Shown here: positions 8,348-18,742 of the stretch, in pieces
Layout of the letters: every line of letters starts with the position of its first letter
Position numbering within the stretch: position 1 is the stretch's first letter
DNA from: an uncultured Candidatus Actinomarina sp.
Lineage (GTDB): Bacteria; Actinomycetota; Acidimicrobiia; Actinomarinales; Actinomarinaceae
Reading direction: 5' to 3'
Assembly: GCA_902625455.1 (NCBI GenBank)
Contig: CACOBL010000002.1
Span: forward strand, 561 to 64,560
DNA: 64,000 nucleotides
Notes under the pieces: generated by a model
The model's database searches: none
What the model was told of the DNA's origin: nothing
Seen by the model: the letters and a program-made list of their open reading frames with translations, nothing else
Program-made: the position numbers and the translations under genes

Positions 8348-10474
8348 TTGATTGTGGTTGAAAGAAGTTATAAATATTTAAACGAAATAGAACTTAATTT
8401 TGTCAAAGGCATTGGAGAAAAAAAATTTGCTAGTTTAAAAAAAAGCAAATTAAAAACAATCAACGATTTGATTCGTTATTTTCCAAGAACACATATTGAT
8501 AGATCAAAAGTTAAGTTAGTGTCTGAAATTGAACAAAATGATCAAACTTATGAAGTAACTATTTTTGGCACGATTGACAAATTATCAGTTTTTACAACAA
8601 AATCAAGGTTAAGAATTGCGACACTTACCATATCCGACGAGTCAGGTAGCTTAAAAGCAAAATGGTTTGGCCCACAGTATATAGAGTCGAGATTTAAGGA
8701 AGGAGATGTAGTTGCTGTTTCAGGTAAGCCTGAAGTAAAGAAAACAGGAAGTATTGAGTTTAAAAATCCAGCTATAGAAAAATTCACTGATGTTGAAGAA
8801 TTAAATCAGACAGGTTCCCTGATTCCTATTTACAAAAAAGTTGAAGGAATGACCAGTGCGAGTATTAGAAAAGGGTTAAAAGAAATAATTAATATTTTAG
8901 AGTCAACAAAAGATAATTTTGAACCAGGATTGTTTGATGTTTTACCTTCGAACATTAGAGAAGAGTATTCTCTTCTTGATAGATTTGAAAGTATCAAAAA
9001 GATACATTTTCCAAAGAATGAAAATGATTATAAAAGTGCAAGACGAAGATTAGTTTTAGATGAGTTTATTTACTTAAGATCAATATTTGCAAACCTAAAG
9101 TCAAAACACAAAAATGAAAATAAAGGATTAGTTTATAAATTTACTAATCCAGATATAGAAGAATTTGTAAAACAACTTCCTTTTAATTTAACTCAATCGC
9201 AAAATAGCGCAATGAACGAAATTTTAGAAGATTTAAAAAAAACATATCCTATGAAAAGACTTTTACAGGGCGATGTTGGTTCGGGAAAAACCGTTGTTGC
9301 TACTATTGCTTCTTATGCTGCAATAAAATCAGATTATCAAGTTGCATTAATGGCACCAACGGAAGTTTTAGCAGAGCAACATTATTCTTCTATCAATGAA
9401 TTTATGAATAAAGATCAATACGAGATCCATCTCTTAACCTCATCAGTCAAAAATAGAGATAAAATTTTAAAAAATTTGAAAAATGGAAATCCAGGTCTAT
9501 ATGTTGGCACTCATGCTTTAATTCAGGAAAGTATAAAATTTTCAAATCTAGGACTTGCCATTATTGATGAACAGCAAAGATTTGGTGTTGAGCAAAGAAA
9601 AAAACTTATAAACGAAACGGGAAATATTCCTGATCAATTAGTAATGACAGCAACGCCAATTCCACGAACTACTGCATTATCTATTTATGGTGATTTAGAA
9701 ATTTCTTCCATTAACGAATTACCGCCTGGAAGAAAAGATATCACTTCTCATTTGATTGAAGGTTCAAAAAAAGATAATGATATTATTTATGACATTTGTA
9801 AGTTTCATCTCAAGAGAAAATCTCAAATATTTGTAGTTTGCCCATTTATTGAAGAAAGTGAAGTAATGGATATTCAAGCAGCAGAAAATGTGTTTATTGA
9901 GTATAAAGAAAAATTTAAGGATTATAAAGTCTCAATACTTCATGGAAAGATGTCATTTGATGAAAAAGAACAAATAATGCAAGATATGAAAAGTGGAAAA
10001 ATTGATATTTTGGTTTCGACAATTGTTATTGAAGTTGGTATAGATATACCAAATGCAACCTTAATGATTATTGAAAGTGCCGAAAGATTCGGATTGAATC
10101 AACTACACCAATTAAGAGGAAGAGTTGGAAGGAGTGATAAACAATCGGAATGTGTATTTCATGTTTCTAAGAAAAAAACACTGAAAACAATTAGTGAAGA
10201 TGGAAAGAGAAGGTTAGAGGCTATCGTAGATATAAAAGATGGCTTTAGATTATCAGAAATTGATTTAGAAATTAGGGGAGAAGGTAAAGTTACTGGAACA
10301 AGTCAATCTGGACAATCTGATTTAAAGATAGCTGATTTGAGATATGATTATAAATTACTTCTAGAATCAAAAAATATATTCGACCAACTAGAATCTGAAG
10401 ATATTAAAAATCTACTATTTGAAGAAGCACAAATTCTATTTCCTAATTATTTCAAAGCGAGTGGTACTACATGA
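8348..10474 (+). CDS. recG: ATP-dependent DNA helicase RecG
   Basis: Has 'LTQSQNSAMNEIL', 'LLQGDVGSGKTVVA' (Walker A) and 'DEQQRFGV' (DEQH box). 708 aa, divergent from rpmB as in Actinobacteria. TTG/GTG start. Confidence 0.9.
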   Translation: MIVVERSYKYLNEIELNFVKGIGEKKFASLKKSKLKTINDLIRYFPRTHIDRSKVKLVSEIEQNDQTYEVTIFGTIDKLSVFTTKSRLRIATLTISDESGSLKAKWFGPQYIESRFKEGDVVAVSGKPEVKKTGSIEFKNPAIEKFTDVEELNQTGSLIPIYKKVEGMTSASIRKGLKEIINILESTKDNFEPGLFDVLPSNIREEYSLLDRFESIKKIHFPKNENDYKSARRRLVLDEFIYLRSIFANLKSKHKNENKGLVYKFTNPDIEEFVKQLPFNLTQSQNSAMNEILEDLKKTYPMKRLLQGDVGSGKTVVATIASYAAIKSDYQVALMAPTEVLAEQHYSSINEFMNKDQYEIHLLTSSVKNRDKILKNLKNGNPGLYVGTHALIQESIKFSNLGLAIIDEQQRFGVEQRKKLINETGNIPDQLVMTATPIPRTTALSIYGDLEISSINELPPGRKDITSHLIEGSKKDNDIIYDICKFHLKRKSQIFVVCPFIEESEVMDIQAAENVFIEYKEKFKDYKVSILHGKMSFDEKEQIMQDMKSGKIDILVSTIVIEVGIDIPNATLMIIESAERFGLNQLHQLRGRVGRSDKQSECVFHVSKKKTLKTISEDGKRRLEAIVDIKDGFRLSEIDLEIRGEGKVTGTSQSGQSDLKIADLRYDYKLLLESKNIFDQLESEDIKNLLFEEAQILFPNYFKASGTT

Positions 10475-11007
10475 GAGTTCTTGCAGGTAAATATAAGTCT
10501 AAATTAATACAAACAATTGATGACCCACTAACAAGACCTATGATGAGTAAAGTGAGAGAGTCAGTATTTAATTCTCTACAGTTCAACATTGAAAATAAAA
10601 ATATTTTAGATCTTTACGCTGGGTCTGGAAGTTTAGGAATTGAATCGTTAAGTAGAGGTGCTAATTTTGTAACTTTTGTAGAAAACTCAAATAATTGTAT
10701 TAATATTTTGAAGCAAAACTTAAGTCATTTTGAAATTAACTATAAAATTACTAAATCTAGTGTTGACAAATTTTTAGATACATCATTAAATACGTACGAT
10801 ATAGTTTTCTATGACCCTCCTTTCAAAATTGAAACTGAAATTGTAAAGAATGAGATTATAAAAATTTATAATTTATTAAACAAAGAAGGGTTTGTTGTAG
10901 TACATCGTCACACAGCCTCTAAGGAATTTGAAACTTTAAAAAATTATAAAATTCATAAAGAAAAAAATTTTGGTCAAAGTAATATTCTTATATTGAGTAA
11001 ATTATGA
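10471..11007 (+). CDS. rsmD: 16S rRNA (guanine966-N2)-methyltransferase RsmD
   Basis: 'RVLAGKYKSKLIQTIDDPLTRPMMSKVRESVFN', 'LDLYAGSGSLGIES' and 'DPPF'. 4-nt overlap with recG. Confidence 0.8.
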   Translation: MRVLAGKYKSKLIQTIDDPLTRPMMSKVRESVFNSLQFNIENKNILDLYAGSGSLGIESLSRGANFVTFVENSNNCINILKQNLSHFEINYKITKSSVDKFLDTSLNTYDIVFYDPPFKIETEIVKNEIIKIYNLLNKEGFVVVHRHTASKEFETLKNYKIHKEKNFGQSNILILSKL

Positions 11008-11468
11008 AAATTTTAATCCCTGGCTCTTTTGACCCACCAACGAATGGTCATATAGATGTTATAAATAGATGTTCTAAAATTTTTAATGAAATATTAGTAG
11101 GTGTAGTAGTTAATCCATCAAAAGATTCATTATTCTCACGTGAAGATCGTTCATTAATGCTTGAGGAAATTTTTAATGACAATAAAAATATAAAAATAAT
11201 GAGTTTTGAGGGTCTTTTAGTTGACTTTGCATCAAAGAACTCTGTTGACGCAATTGTTAAAGGTTTAAGAGCAATGACAGATTTTGACTATGAGTTTCAA
11301 ATGGCCCAAGCAAATTCAACACTTGCTGGGTATGAAACTATATTTATTCCATCCTCACCCGAGTTTGGTTATTTATCAAGTTCAATGGTTAAAGAAATTC
11401 ATTCCCTTGGTGGGGATGTCTCCTCTTTAGTTCCAAAAGAAGTTTTAAAAAGGCTAAACAATGAATAA
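11004..11468 (+). CDS. coaD: phosphopantetheine adenylyltransferase
   Basis: 'ILIPGSFDPPTNGHIDVI' (the nucleotidyltransferase HxGH-type motif). Confidence 0.9.
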   Translation: MKILIPGSFDPPTNGHIDVINRCSKIFNEILVGVVVNPSKDSLFSREDRSLMLEEIFNDNKNIKIMSFEGLLVDFASKNSVDAIVKGLRAMTDFDYEFQMAQANSTLAGYETIFIPSSPEFGYLSSSMVKEIHSLGGDVSSLVPKEVLKRLNNE

Positions 11469-11964
11469 TTCTGAAGCAAGCTTTGAAGAGGTTTTAAAAG
11501 GTCAAAGTAAAATCGAAATTGTTGATAAATTAGAAAATTTAAGAAATCAATTAAATTCCAATACTCTTAAAGGAAGAATTAACAAAAAAGATATATTAAA
11601 AAGTATTGATGAAATAATTGACTCCATGCCAGTTGAGATGCGCACAGCAAGGTGGATTGTTAGAGAACAAGAAAGTTTTATCAATCAAGCACAAATTGAA
11701 TCCAAAGCTCTATTAGATGAGGCGAAGGCAGAATCGGAAAAATTGATAGCAAATTCTTACGTTATACAGGAAGCTGTAATTGAAGCAAATGCACTAATAA
11801 AGCAAGCTGAAGTTGAGATGCAAACTTATAGAACTAATATAGAAGATACAATTGATCAGAGAATTGATGACATTCAGAATAAAATTGATCAACTTTCTAA
11901 TTTTCTAGAAAAAGAAAAAAATAAATTGCGTGAGCCTCGAAATATAGAGAATCCAGAAACTTAA
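11461..11964 (+). CDS. hypothetical coiled-coil protein
   Basis: 167 aa, rich in E/K/Q with heptad-like periodicity. Sits between coaD and yceD, overlapping each neighbour. Confidence 0.4.
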   Translation: MNNSEASFEEVLKGQSKIEIVDKLENLRNQLNSNTLKGRINKKDILKSIDEIIDSMPVEMRTARWIVREQESFINQAQIESKALLDEAKAESEKLIANSYVIQEAVIEANALIKQAEVEMQTYRTNIEDTIDQRIDDIQNKIDQLSNFLEKEKNKLREPRNIENPET

Positions 11965-12461
11965 TGCAATTCGATTCAAAGATTAAAACTATTGATATAG
12001 TCAATTCTTCGACTCCGCTCGTTATAAATCTTTCCGGGAAATTTGAAATTTCTTATGCTAACCATTTCACAGATGAAAAAGATTTTGTGAATACAATTTT
12101 GGAAATTTTTATTGAAGATTCAATATTAAATATTGATATTAACTTAGAATTTACTTATCAATCAGAATGTGCAAGATGTCTCTCTAAAAAGGAAAATAAA
12201 ATGAAAAACTCAAAATCTTTTAAACTAAATATTGACATTGAAAACGATTATGAAATTAATTTTGATAATGAGTACATCGATATAGAGCCATTTATATCAG
12301 AAATAATAATCGACAACTTAGATACACTGTATATATGTAGTAATAAATGTAAAGGCTTGTGTGGTCTGTGTGGTACTAATATGAATGAAATTAAATGTAA
12401 TTGTGAAGAAAAAAACTTAAAAGAAAGTCCATTTTCCTCCCTAAGTCAGCTAGATTTGTAG
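11964..12461 (+). CDS. YceD/DUF177 family protein (large-subunit ribosomal protein L32 accessory)
   Basis: C-terminal Cys cluster 'CSNKCKGLCGLCGTNMNEIKCNC', positioned immediately upstream of rpmF as for YceD. Confidence 0.6.
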   Translation: MQFDSKIKTIDIVNSSTPLVINLSGKFEISYANHFTDEKDFVNTILEIFIEDSILNIDINLEFTYQSECARCLSKKENKMKNSKSFKLNIDIENDYEINFDNEYIDIEPFISEIIIDNLDTLYICSNKCKGLCGLCGTNMNEIKCNCEEKNLKESPFSSLSQLDL

Positions 12462-12479
12462 TTTGAAAGGAATATAGCT

Positions 12480-12662
12480 ATGGCAGTACCAAAGAAAAAG
12501 ATGTCTAAATCAAGAACTAGGCGCAGAAAAGCTACGCATAAAGTATCTAGACCCCATTTTGTAATTGACCCTGAGACAGGTGTAGCAAAACAATCACATA
12601 GAGTAAATCCAGCTGATGGTACTTACAATGGTCGTCAAGTAAAAGAACCTGAAGTAAGTTAA
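12480..12662 (+). CDS. rpmF: 50S ribosomal protein L32
   Basis: 'MAVPKKKMSKSRTRRRKATHK' is the canonical L32 N-terminus. Confidence 0.75.
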   Translation: MAVPKKKMSKSRTRRRKATHKVSRPHFVIDPETGVAKQSHRVNPADGTYNGRQVKEPEVS

Positions 12663-12669
12663 GTTTGTT

Positions 12670-13641
12670 ATGAATACTATTGCTATTGATGCAATGGGTG
12701 GAGATTCTGCTCCAATAGATATTGTCAAAGGAGCCATAAAAGCGAAAGACCAAGGTGTTAATGTTGTTTTATGTGGTGATGAAAATTTAATTAATCCATA
12801 TTTAGATAACCACGAAATACCAGTTTTTGATTTTCCTCAAGTTATTTCTATGGACGAAGATCCATTAAAGGCTATAAGAAATAAAAAAAATGCATCAATA
12901 GTTGGATGCATGCAATTACTTAAAGACAAAAAAGTACAGGCAGTATTTTCTGCAGGTTCCACAGGCGCAACATTAATTAGTGCAATTTCAATTCTTGGAA
13001 AACACAAGGGAGTAATTAGGCCTGTCATAGCTTCTGTCTTACCCTCGTTAAGTGGTAATACTATTCTTCTTGATTCAGGAGCGAGTTTGGACGTTAAGCC
13101 GAAAGTTCTTTTTCAATATGGAATAATGGGAGCAAAATTAGCTGAAGTAATAATGGATATTGATAATCCTAGAGTAGGTCTTTTGAATAACGGAGAAGAG
13201 GAAACTAAAGGGCGAGATGTAGAAAAAGCAGCACATAAATTATTAAAAAATAGTAATTTAAACTTTGTTGGAAATATAGAAGGAAGAGATTTTTCGACAA
13301 AAAAAGCAGATGTCTTTGTTACTGATGGATTTACAGGGAATGTAGTATTAAAAACACTAGAAGGTACTGCAAAATTACAGCAAAATCTTATTTCTTCAGC
13401 TTTAGTAGATAATTTATTTAAACCTTTGTTAATTCCTGTAAAAAAAGCTTTGAAACCTGTCAAAGATCAGCTAAATCCGGATAAGTCTGGTGCTTCATAT
13501 TTATTAGGTGTAAACGGAGTAGTCACGATAGGTCATGGTTCTTCTAATTCTGAAGCTGTCAAAAATGCAATTATATATACAGAAACTGCTGTAAAAAAAG
13601 AGTTAATCCATAAGTTTTCATCCGCATTAAATGAATTATGA
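12670..13641 (+). CDS. plsX: phosphate acyltransferase PlsX
   Basis: 'TIAIDAMGGDSAP', 'SAGSTGA' and 'GFTGNVVLK'. Confidence 0.9.
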   Translation: MNTIAIDAMGGDSAPIDIVKGAIKAKDQGVNVVLCGDENLINPYLDNHEIPVFDFPQVISMDEDPLKAIRNKKNASIVGCMQLLKDKKVQAVFSAGSTGATLISAISILGKHKGVIRPVIASVLPSLSGNTILLDSGASLDVKPKVLFQYGIMGAKLAEVIMDIDNPRVGLLNNGEEETKGRDVEKAAHKLLKNSNLNFVGNIEGRDFSTKKADVFVTDGFTGNVVLKTLEGTAKLQQNLISSALVDNLFKPLLIPVKKALKPVKDQLNPDKSGASYLLGVNGVVTIGHGSSNSEAVKNAIIYTETAVKKELIHKFSSALNEL

Positions 13642-14315
13642 AAAATATAGAAGACTTCGAAAAAACAATAGGGTATAACTTTAAGGACAAAAAACTTTTA
13701 AAAATTGCTTTAACTCATAAATCTTATTTAGATGAAAAACCAGATTTAGTATCAAATCAGCGATATGAGTTTTTTGGAGATACTATTTTAGATTTTGATT
13801 TAACAGAGTACCTTTTTAAACACTTTCCAGATTTAGATGAAGGAAGTCTTACAAAAATAAGATCAAGTGCTGTTAATCAGTCAAATTTAGTGAAATTAGG
13901 TAATGAAATAAATATTGGATCTTATATGTTTTTGAGTAAAGCAGAAGACTCTACTGGAGGTAGAAAAAAATCATCTATAATCGAAGATGCAGTTGAAGCT
14001 TTGATTGCAGCTTTATATTTTGATGGGGGATTAACTGCAGTAAATGGTTTTGTTTCAAAATACATATATCCAAGCATTAAAGAACTTTCTGAAAATCCTG
14101 GACAAAAAGATTATAAAACAAGGCTTCAAGAGTATTATGCAAAAGTTGGAAAAAAAGTAAATTATATGGATTCCTCTAGCGGTCCAGACCATGATAAAAA
14201 ATTTCAAACACAAGTATTTTTAGATAAAGAGATAATCGGGATTGGTGAAGGCAAGTCAAAGAAAAGTTCACAACAAGAAGCTGCAAAACAAGCATTAGAA
14301 AAAATAAATGCCTGA
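13638..14315 (+). CDS. rnc: ribonuclease III
   Basis: 'ALTHKSY...ERYEFFGDTILDF' RNase III signature plus a C-terminal dsRBD. 4-nt overlap with plsX. Confidence 0.9.
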   Translation: MKNIEDFEKTIGYNFKDKKLLKIALTHKSYLDEKPDLVSNQRYEFFGDTILDFDLTEYLFKHFPDLDEGSLTKIRSSAVNQSNLVKLGNEINIGSYMFLSKAEDSTGGRKKSSIIEDAVEALIAALYFDGGLTAVNGFVSKYIYPSIKELSENPGQKDYKTRLQEYYAKVGKKVNYMDSSSGPDHDKKFQTQVFLDKEIIGIGEGKSKKSSQQEAAKQALEKINA

Positions 14316-15111
14316 ACTACCCGAAGTTGAATCAATTAGACGTTCGTTATCTCCAAATATCATTGGTCAGAAACTTCAAGGTTATAAAATTAATGATCAC
14401 AGAACAAATAGATTTAACACAAAAAACCCAAAAATTAATGAATCTTTATTAGGAATATCAAGAAAAGGAAAATTATTAATTTTTGATTTTGAAGAATATT
14501 CAATCATCTTTCATTTAGGAATGAGCGGAAGAATACAAGTAAACGATAAAAAAAATAAACATACAAGAGCAAGTTTTTACTTTGATAAAGATCAAGTTAA
14601 TTTTGATGATATTAGAAGATTTGGATTTATAAATATTATAAATTCAGAACTAAAAAATAATTATCTAAAAAAAATTGGTCCAGATGTACTGAATATCACC
14701 AAAGAACAATCAAGAATGGTTATTAATAAAAGTAAGAAATCAAAATCATTGATAAAAGACTATATACTTAATCAAAAATATATGAGTGGAATAGGAAACA
14801 TCTATGCAAACGAAATATTGTTTGCTTCAAGGATTCACCCTAAAACAAAAGTAAATACTTTAAATAACAATAATTGGAAAGATTTTTTTAACAATACAAA
14901 GAGAATTATGCATTTAGCAGTTAAAAATAATGGAACAACTTTAAGTGATATGACGTATTTTTTGCCTTATGGAGAATTTGGTTCAAATCAGAATTTTTTA
15001 AAAATATATAGCAAAATAAATTGTTTTAATTGTGAACATATAATTGATAAAATATACATAAATCAAAGAGCCACATATTTTTGTAGGAAATGTCAAAAAT
15101 TAAAAAATTAA
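14308..15111 (+). CDS. mutM: formamidopyrimidine-DNA glycosylase (Fpg/MutM)
   Basis: N-terminal 'MPELPEVE' and a C-terminal zinc finger 'CFNC...CRKCQ'. Confidence 0.85.
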   Translation: MPELPEVESIRRSLSPNIIGQKLQGYKINDHRTNRFNTKNPKINESLLGISRKGKLLIFDFEEYSIIFHLGMSGRIQVNDKKNKHTRASFYFDKDQVNFDDIRRFGFINIINSELKNNYLKKIGPDVLNITKEQSRMVINKSKKSKSLIKDYILNQKYMSGIGNIYANEILFASRIHPKTKVNTLNNNNWKDFFNNTKRIMHLAVKNNGTTLSDMTYFLPYGEFGSNQNFLKIYSKINCFNCEHIIDKIYINQRATYFCRKCQKLKN

Positions 15112-16025
15112 AAGTTGAACTTAATAGAGATGGTTCCCTTGAATCGGTTCACTTTATTAACGTTTACAAACATAATCAAAATGAATATGACTATTTTTTT
15201 CCAAGATCGGCTGTTAAACCTTTTCAACTTATTCCTCTTCTTCATGAAGCTCAAAATCAAAATATATCATTTACAAGTAAAGAAATAGCTATATTTTCAT
15301 CTTCTCATTCTGGTCAAGAAATTCATACAGAATTAATCAAATTAATTGCAAAAAAATTCGATTTAAATCTTGAAAGGCTAGTTTGTGGAAAACAAAGACC
15401 ATTTCATGAACTAACCGCTGATAATTTATTAAAAAATAATAACGAATTTACAAAATTACACCATAATTGTTCAGGAAAACACCTAGCTATGCTTTTGTTT
15501 TCAAAAATACTGAACGAAGATGAAAAAATCTATCATACCTTTGAGAGTAAAACACAATCGACAGTTGAAGAGTTCTTTAAATTTATTTTCAATGATAAGA
15601 ATATAGGTTTTGGCACAGACGGATGTGGTCTTCCAGCAATACATTTACGAACTGATAGTTTTTTGAAAGCAGTTAATAAAATAAAAACTACAAAATATTT
15701 TAAAAATTGGAGTGATATGTTTAATTCATACCAAACATATCCGTTACTTATTGGTGGTGAAAATCGAACAGATACAAATATAATTCTCAATTCAAGCAAT
15801 CCAACATTAGCTAAATCTGGTGCTGAGGGAGTTTTATTTATCACAAACAACGATGAGTCATACTTGTTTAAATGTTTAGATGGAAGTAAAAGGGGAGTAG
15901 ATTTAGCTGCAACTAAGTACTTACATGAATTAGGAATAGTAAATGAAAAACCCTATCAATATTTAAGCAATCTTTATAGTTTAAATACTCAAAATACTAA
16001 GGCAGTCACGATAACGGTCTCTTAA
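15090..16025 (+). CDS. asparaginase-II (PF06089-like) family protein
   Basis: 'RSAVKPFQLIPLL', 'SSHSGQEIH', 'HNCSGKHLAMLL' and 'GTDGCGLPA' match the asparaginase II family pattern. Confidence 0.55.
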   Translation: MSKIKKLKVELNRDGSLESVHFINVYKHNQNEYDYFFPRSAVKPFQLIPLLHEAQNQNISFTSKEIAIFSSSHSGQEIHTELIKLIAKKFDLNLERLVCGKQRPFHELTADNLLKNNNEFTKLHHNCSGKHLAMLLFSKILNEDEKIYHTFESKTQSTVEEFFKFIFNDKNIGFGTDGCGLPAIHLRTDSFLKAVNKIKTTKYFKNWSDMFNSYQTYPLLIGGENRTDTNIILNSSNPTLAKSGAEGVLFITNNDESYLFKCLDGSKRGVDLAATKYLHELGIVNEKPYQYLSNLYSLNTQNTKAVTITVS

Positions 16026-16090
16026 ATTTTTTTAATTTAAAGCAAATATTTCTATTTGTTACTATTATTAAATTAACAACAGGGTAAATA

Positions 16091-18742
16091 ATGTATTTAA
16101 AATCTTTAGATATTAATGGCTTTAAGTCATTCTATGAAAAAACTTCTGTTGACTTTTCAAATAAAGTCAATGTAATAGTTGGACCAAATGGTTCAGGCAA
16201 ATCCAATGTTGTTGATGCAATTTCTTGGGTATTAGGTACTCAAAGTCCAGCTACCTTGAGAACCAATAAGATGGAAGATGTTATATTTGCTGGAACAGAA
16301 AAGTTATCTCAAAAAGGTTTTGCAGAAGTTTTCTTAAATTTTGAAGTAGATGAAAAATTATTCAATGGAAATTCTGAAATATCTATTGGAAGAAAATTGT
16401 ATAGGGATGGTACCTCAGAATATTTTATGAATGGATTAAATTGCCGTTTGTTAGATATTCAAGAATTTTTAAATGATGTTGGAATTGGAAAGCAGCAACA
16501 TATTATTATTTCCCAAGGCCAGATAGCTGAAATTTTGAACTCTAAACCTGAAGACCATAGAATGACTATTGAAGAAGCAGCAGGAATTCTTCCACTCAGA
16601 GTTAAGAAAGAAAAATCGTTAAAAAGAATTGAATCTGGCGAGAAAGAAATCAAGAGAGCAAAAGACGTGCTTCGTGAGATTAAAAAACAACTAAAACCAC
16701 TACAAGATCAAGCGGAAAAGGCAAAAATACATGAAGAGAGTACAAATCTTTTAAAGAATAAAGTAATTGAACTTAATATCATGATGTTCAGAAAATTTGA
16801 TAATAAGTATAAAAGTTTTTTAAATGAAGAAAAATTAATTAATCAAAATCTAAATGATATTGACACAAAACTAAAAATATTAAAGGACCAAAAAAGTCAT
16901 ATTAATAATGAACTCGGTGATGGATATTCAATAGGTTCAACATTTAAAGATTATTCTGGAAAATTTAATAATATATCTGAGCAACTTAGGTCTTTAGCTC
17001 AAGTTGCAAATGAGCGAAAAGATAATTTAGAAAGAGAAGAAGTTAAGGCTTCAGAAGAGCTGAATAAAACAATAGGTAAAATAAATGATAATAATAATCA
17101 GATATCAATGCTCACATCCCAGTTGATGGATAAAAAGAAAAATTTAACTACTTTAGAAAATCAAAGTTCAGACATTAAATATCAAATTGAAGAAATTATA
17201 AAAAAATTATCTGCTTCTACTGAGGTAAATGAAGCAGTTCTAGAAAGTGAAATTAAACAAATAAAACAAACAATTGATATTACTAATAAAGATTTACAAC
17301 TTTTTGAAAAAGAATTTTCAAAGTGGGAAGAGGATTTAAAAATTTCAGAATCGTTATTAATTGATTTAAATCTTAAGTTAGAATCCCACCAAGTTCCAAA
17401 AAATGAAGTTCAAGAATTTCCAAATTACACAAAAAAAATAATCCAAAGAGAATTAGATAATAATAAAAATAATATTCTTCAAATTAATATTGATTCTGAA
17501 ATTCTAAATTCTGAACTTCTTAAGAAAAAAGAGCTTCTTTCAAATATTTTTCAAAAAGAAGAATTTAAAGCAGATATCAATAAACAAAAAAACGATTTAG
17601 AAAATAACCTTAAACAATTAGAACGTGATATAAATCTTGTTAGTAACCAACTTATATCATCACAAGAAAGAATAAAGAATCATTCAAAACATAATGCTGA
17701 ATTAAATGAACTTAAAGTGAATCTTGAAAGTATTGATCACATAGAACAGAAGTCGCAATTAACTGATTTAATTGCATCAGCTAAAACCTTAATTGAGTTT
17801 AGTAACACAACTTCTAATAAATTAGACTTAGAATCTGTAAAATTTGATCAAAAATATGGAAATTCAAATAAAAGAATTGAAAAAATAGATGAAAAAATTG
17901 AATCTTTAAATATTGAACTTTTTAATACAAAAGACAAACTAACTAATGTAGCGATTAAAAAATCTGAATCGGAAAGTTTTAAAAGTAATCATTACTCTAA
18001 TTTAATCAATATTTATGGATTGAACATTGATGAAATTAATCAATATGAAGTTGTCGCTACAAATCAAAATGAATTAGAAAATGAAATAAAACATCTTGAA
18101 ATCAAGTTAGAAGAGATCGGTACTGTTAATTACTTAGCAAAAGAAGATTTTGACTCTTTAAATTTGAGACATGAAGAAATACAATCAAGTATTAATGATT
18201 TACAGCTTTCAAAAAAAGAGTTGCTTAAAAATATTAAAGAAGTCGAAACAGAAATAGAATTCAGAGTCGAATCATCATTTAACTCAATATCAGTACATTT
18301 TTCCGAAATATTTGAAACATTATTTCCAGGAGGTAAAGGCTCTCTTTCCTTTACTGATAAATCAAATATTTTAGAAACTGGTATTGAGATATCTGTTCAA
18401 CCAAGAGGTAAGAAAGTTAAAAAATTATCATTATTATCTGGAGGAGAAAGATCATTAGCTGCAATTGCATTTTTATTTTCAATTTTTAAATCTTTCCCGA
18501 GTCCATTTTATATTTTAGATGAAGTTGAGGCAGCTCTTGATGATGCAAATCTCCACAGAATGATTAATTTGCTAGATAAAATAAAACAAGATGCTCAATA
18601 TATAATCGTTACACATCAACAACAAACCATGCATGCTGGAGATGTATTATATGGTGTCACTATGGAGCCAGGTTCTGGATCTAGGGTTTTCACAAAGACA
18701 AAAGAAGATTTTGAAAGTCTAATAGGTACTAATGAAAAATAG
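16091..18742 (+). CDS. smc: chromosome partition protein Smc (compact, 883 aa)
   Basis: N-terminal 'LKSLDINGFKSFYEKTSVDF...IVGPNGSGKSNVVDAISWVLG'. C-terminal 'LSLLSGGERSLAAIAFLFSIF...FYILDEVEAALDDAN'. The long middle is coiled coil. Confidence 0.8.
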   Translation: MYLKSLDINGFKSFYEKTSVDFSNKVNVIVGPNGSGKSNVVDAISWVLGTQSPATLRTNKMEDVIFAGTEKLSQKGFAEVFLNFEVDEKLFNGNSEISIGRKLYRDGTSEYFMNGLNCRLLDIQEFLNDVGIGKQQHIIISQGQIAEILNSKPEDHRMTIEEAAGILPLRVKKEKSLKRIESGEKEIKRAKDVLREIKKQLKPLQDQAEKAKIHEESTNLLKNKVIELNIMMFRKFDNKYKSFLNEEKLINQNLNDIDTKLKILKDQKSHINNELGDGYSIGSTFKDYSGKFNNISEQLRSLAQVANERKDNLEREEVKASEELNKTIGKINDNNNQISMLTSQLMDKKKNLTTLENQSSDIKYQIEEIIKKLSASTEVNEAVLESEIKQIKQTIDITNKDLQLFEKEFSKWEEDLKISESLLIDLNLKLESHQVPKNEVQEFPNYTKKIIQRELDNNKNNILQINIDSEILNSELLKKKELLSNIFQKEEFKADINKQKNDLENNLKQLERDINLVSNQLISSQERIKNHSKHNAELNELKVNLESIDHIEQKSQLTDLIASAKTLIEFSNTTSNKLDLESVKFDQKYGNSNKRIEKIDEKIESLNIELFNTKDKLTNVAIKKSESESFKSNHYSNLINIYGLNIDEINQYEVVATNQNELENEIKHLEIKLEEIGTVNYLAKEDFDSLNLRHEEIQSSINDLQLSKKELLKNIKEVETEIEFRVESSFNSISVHFSEIFETLFPGGKGSLSFTDKSNILETGIEISVQPRGKKVKKLSLLSGGERSLAAIAFLFSIFKSFPSPFYILDEVEAALDDANLHRMINLLDKIKQDAQYIIVTHQQQTMHAGDVLYGVTMEPGSGSRVFTKTKEDFESLIGTNEK

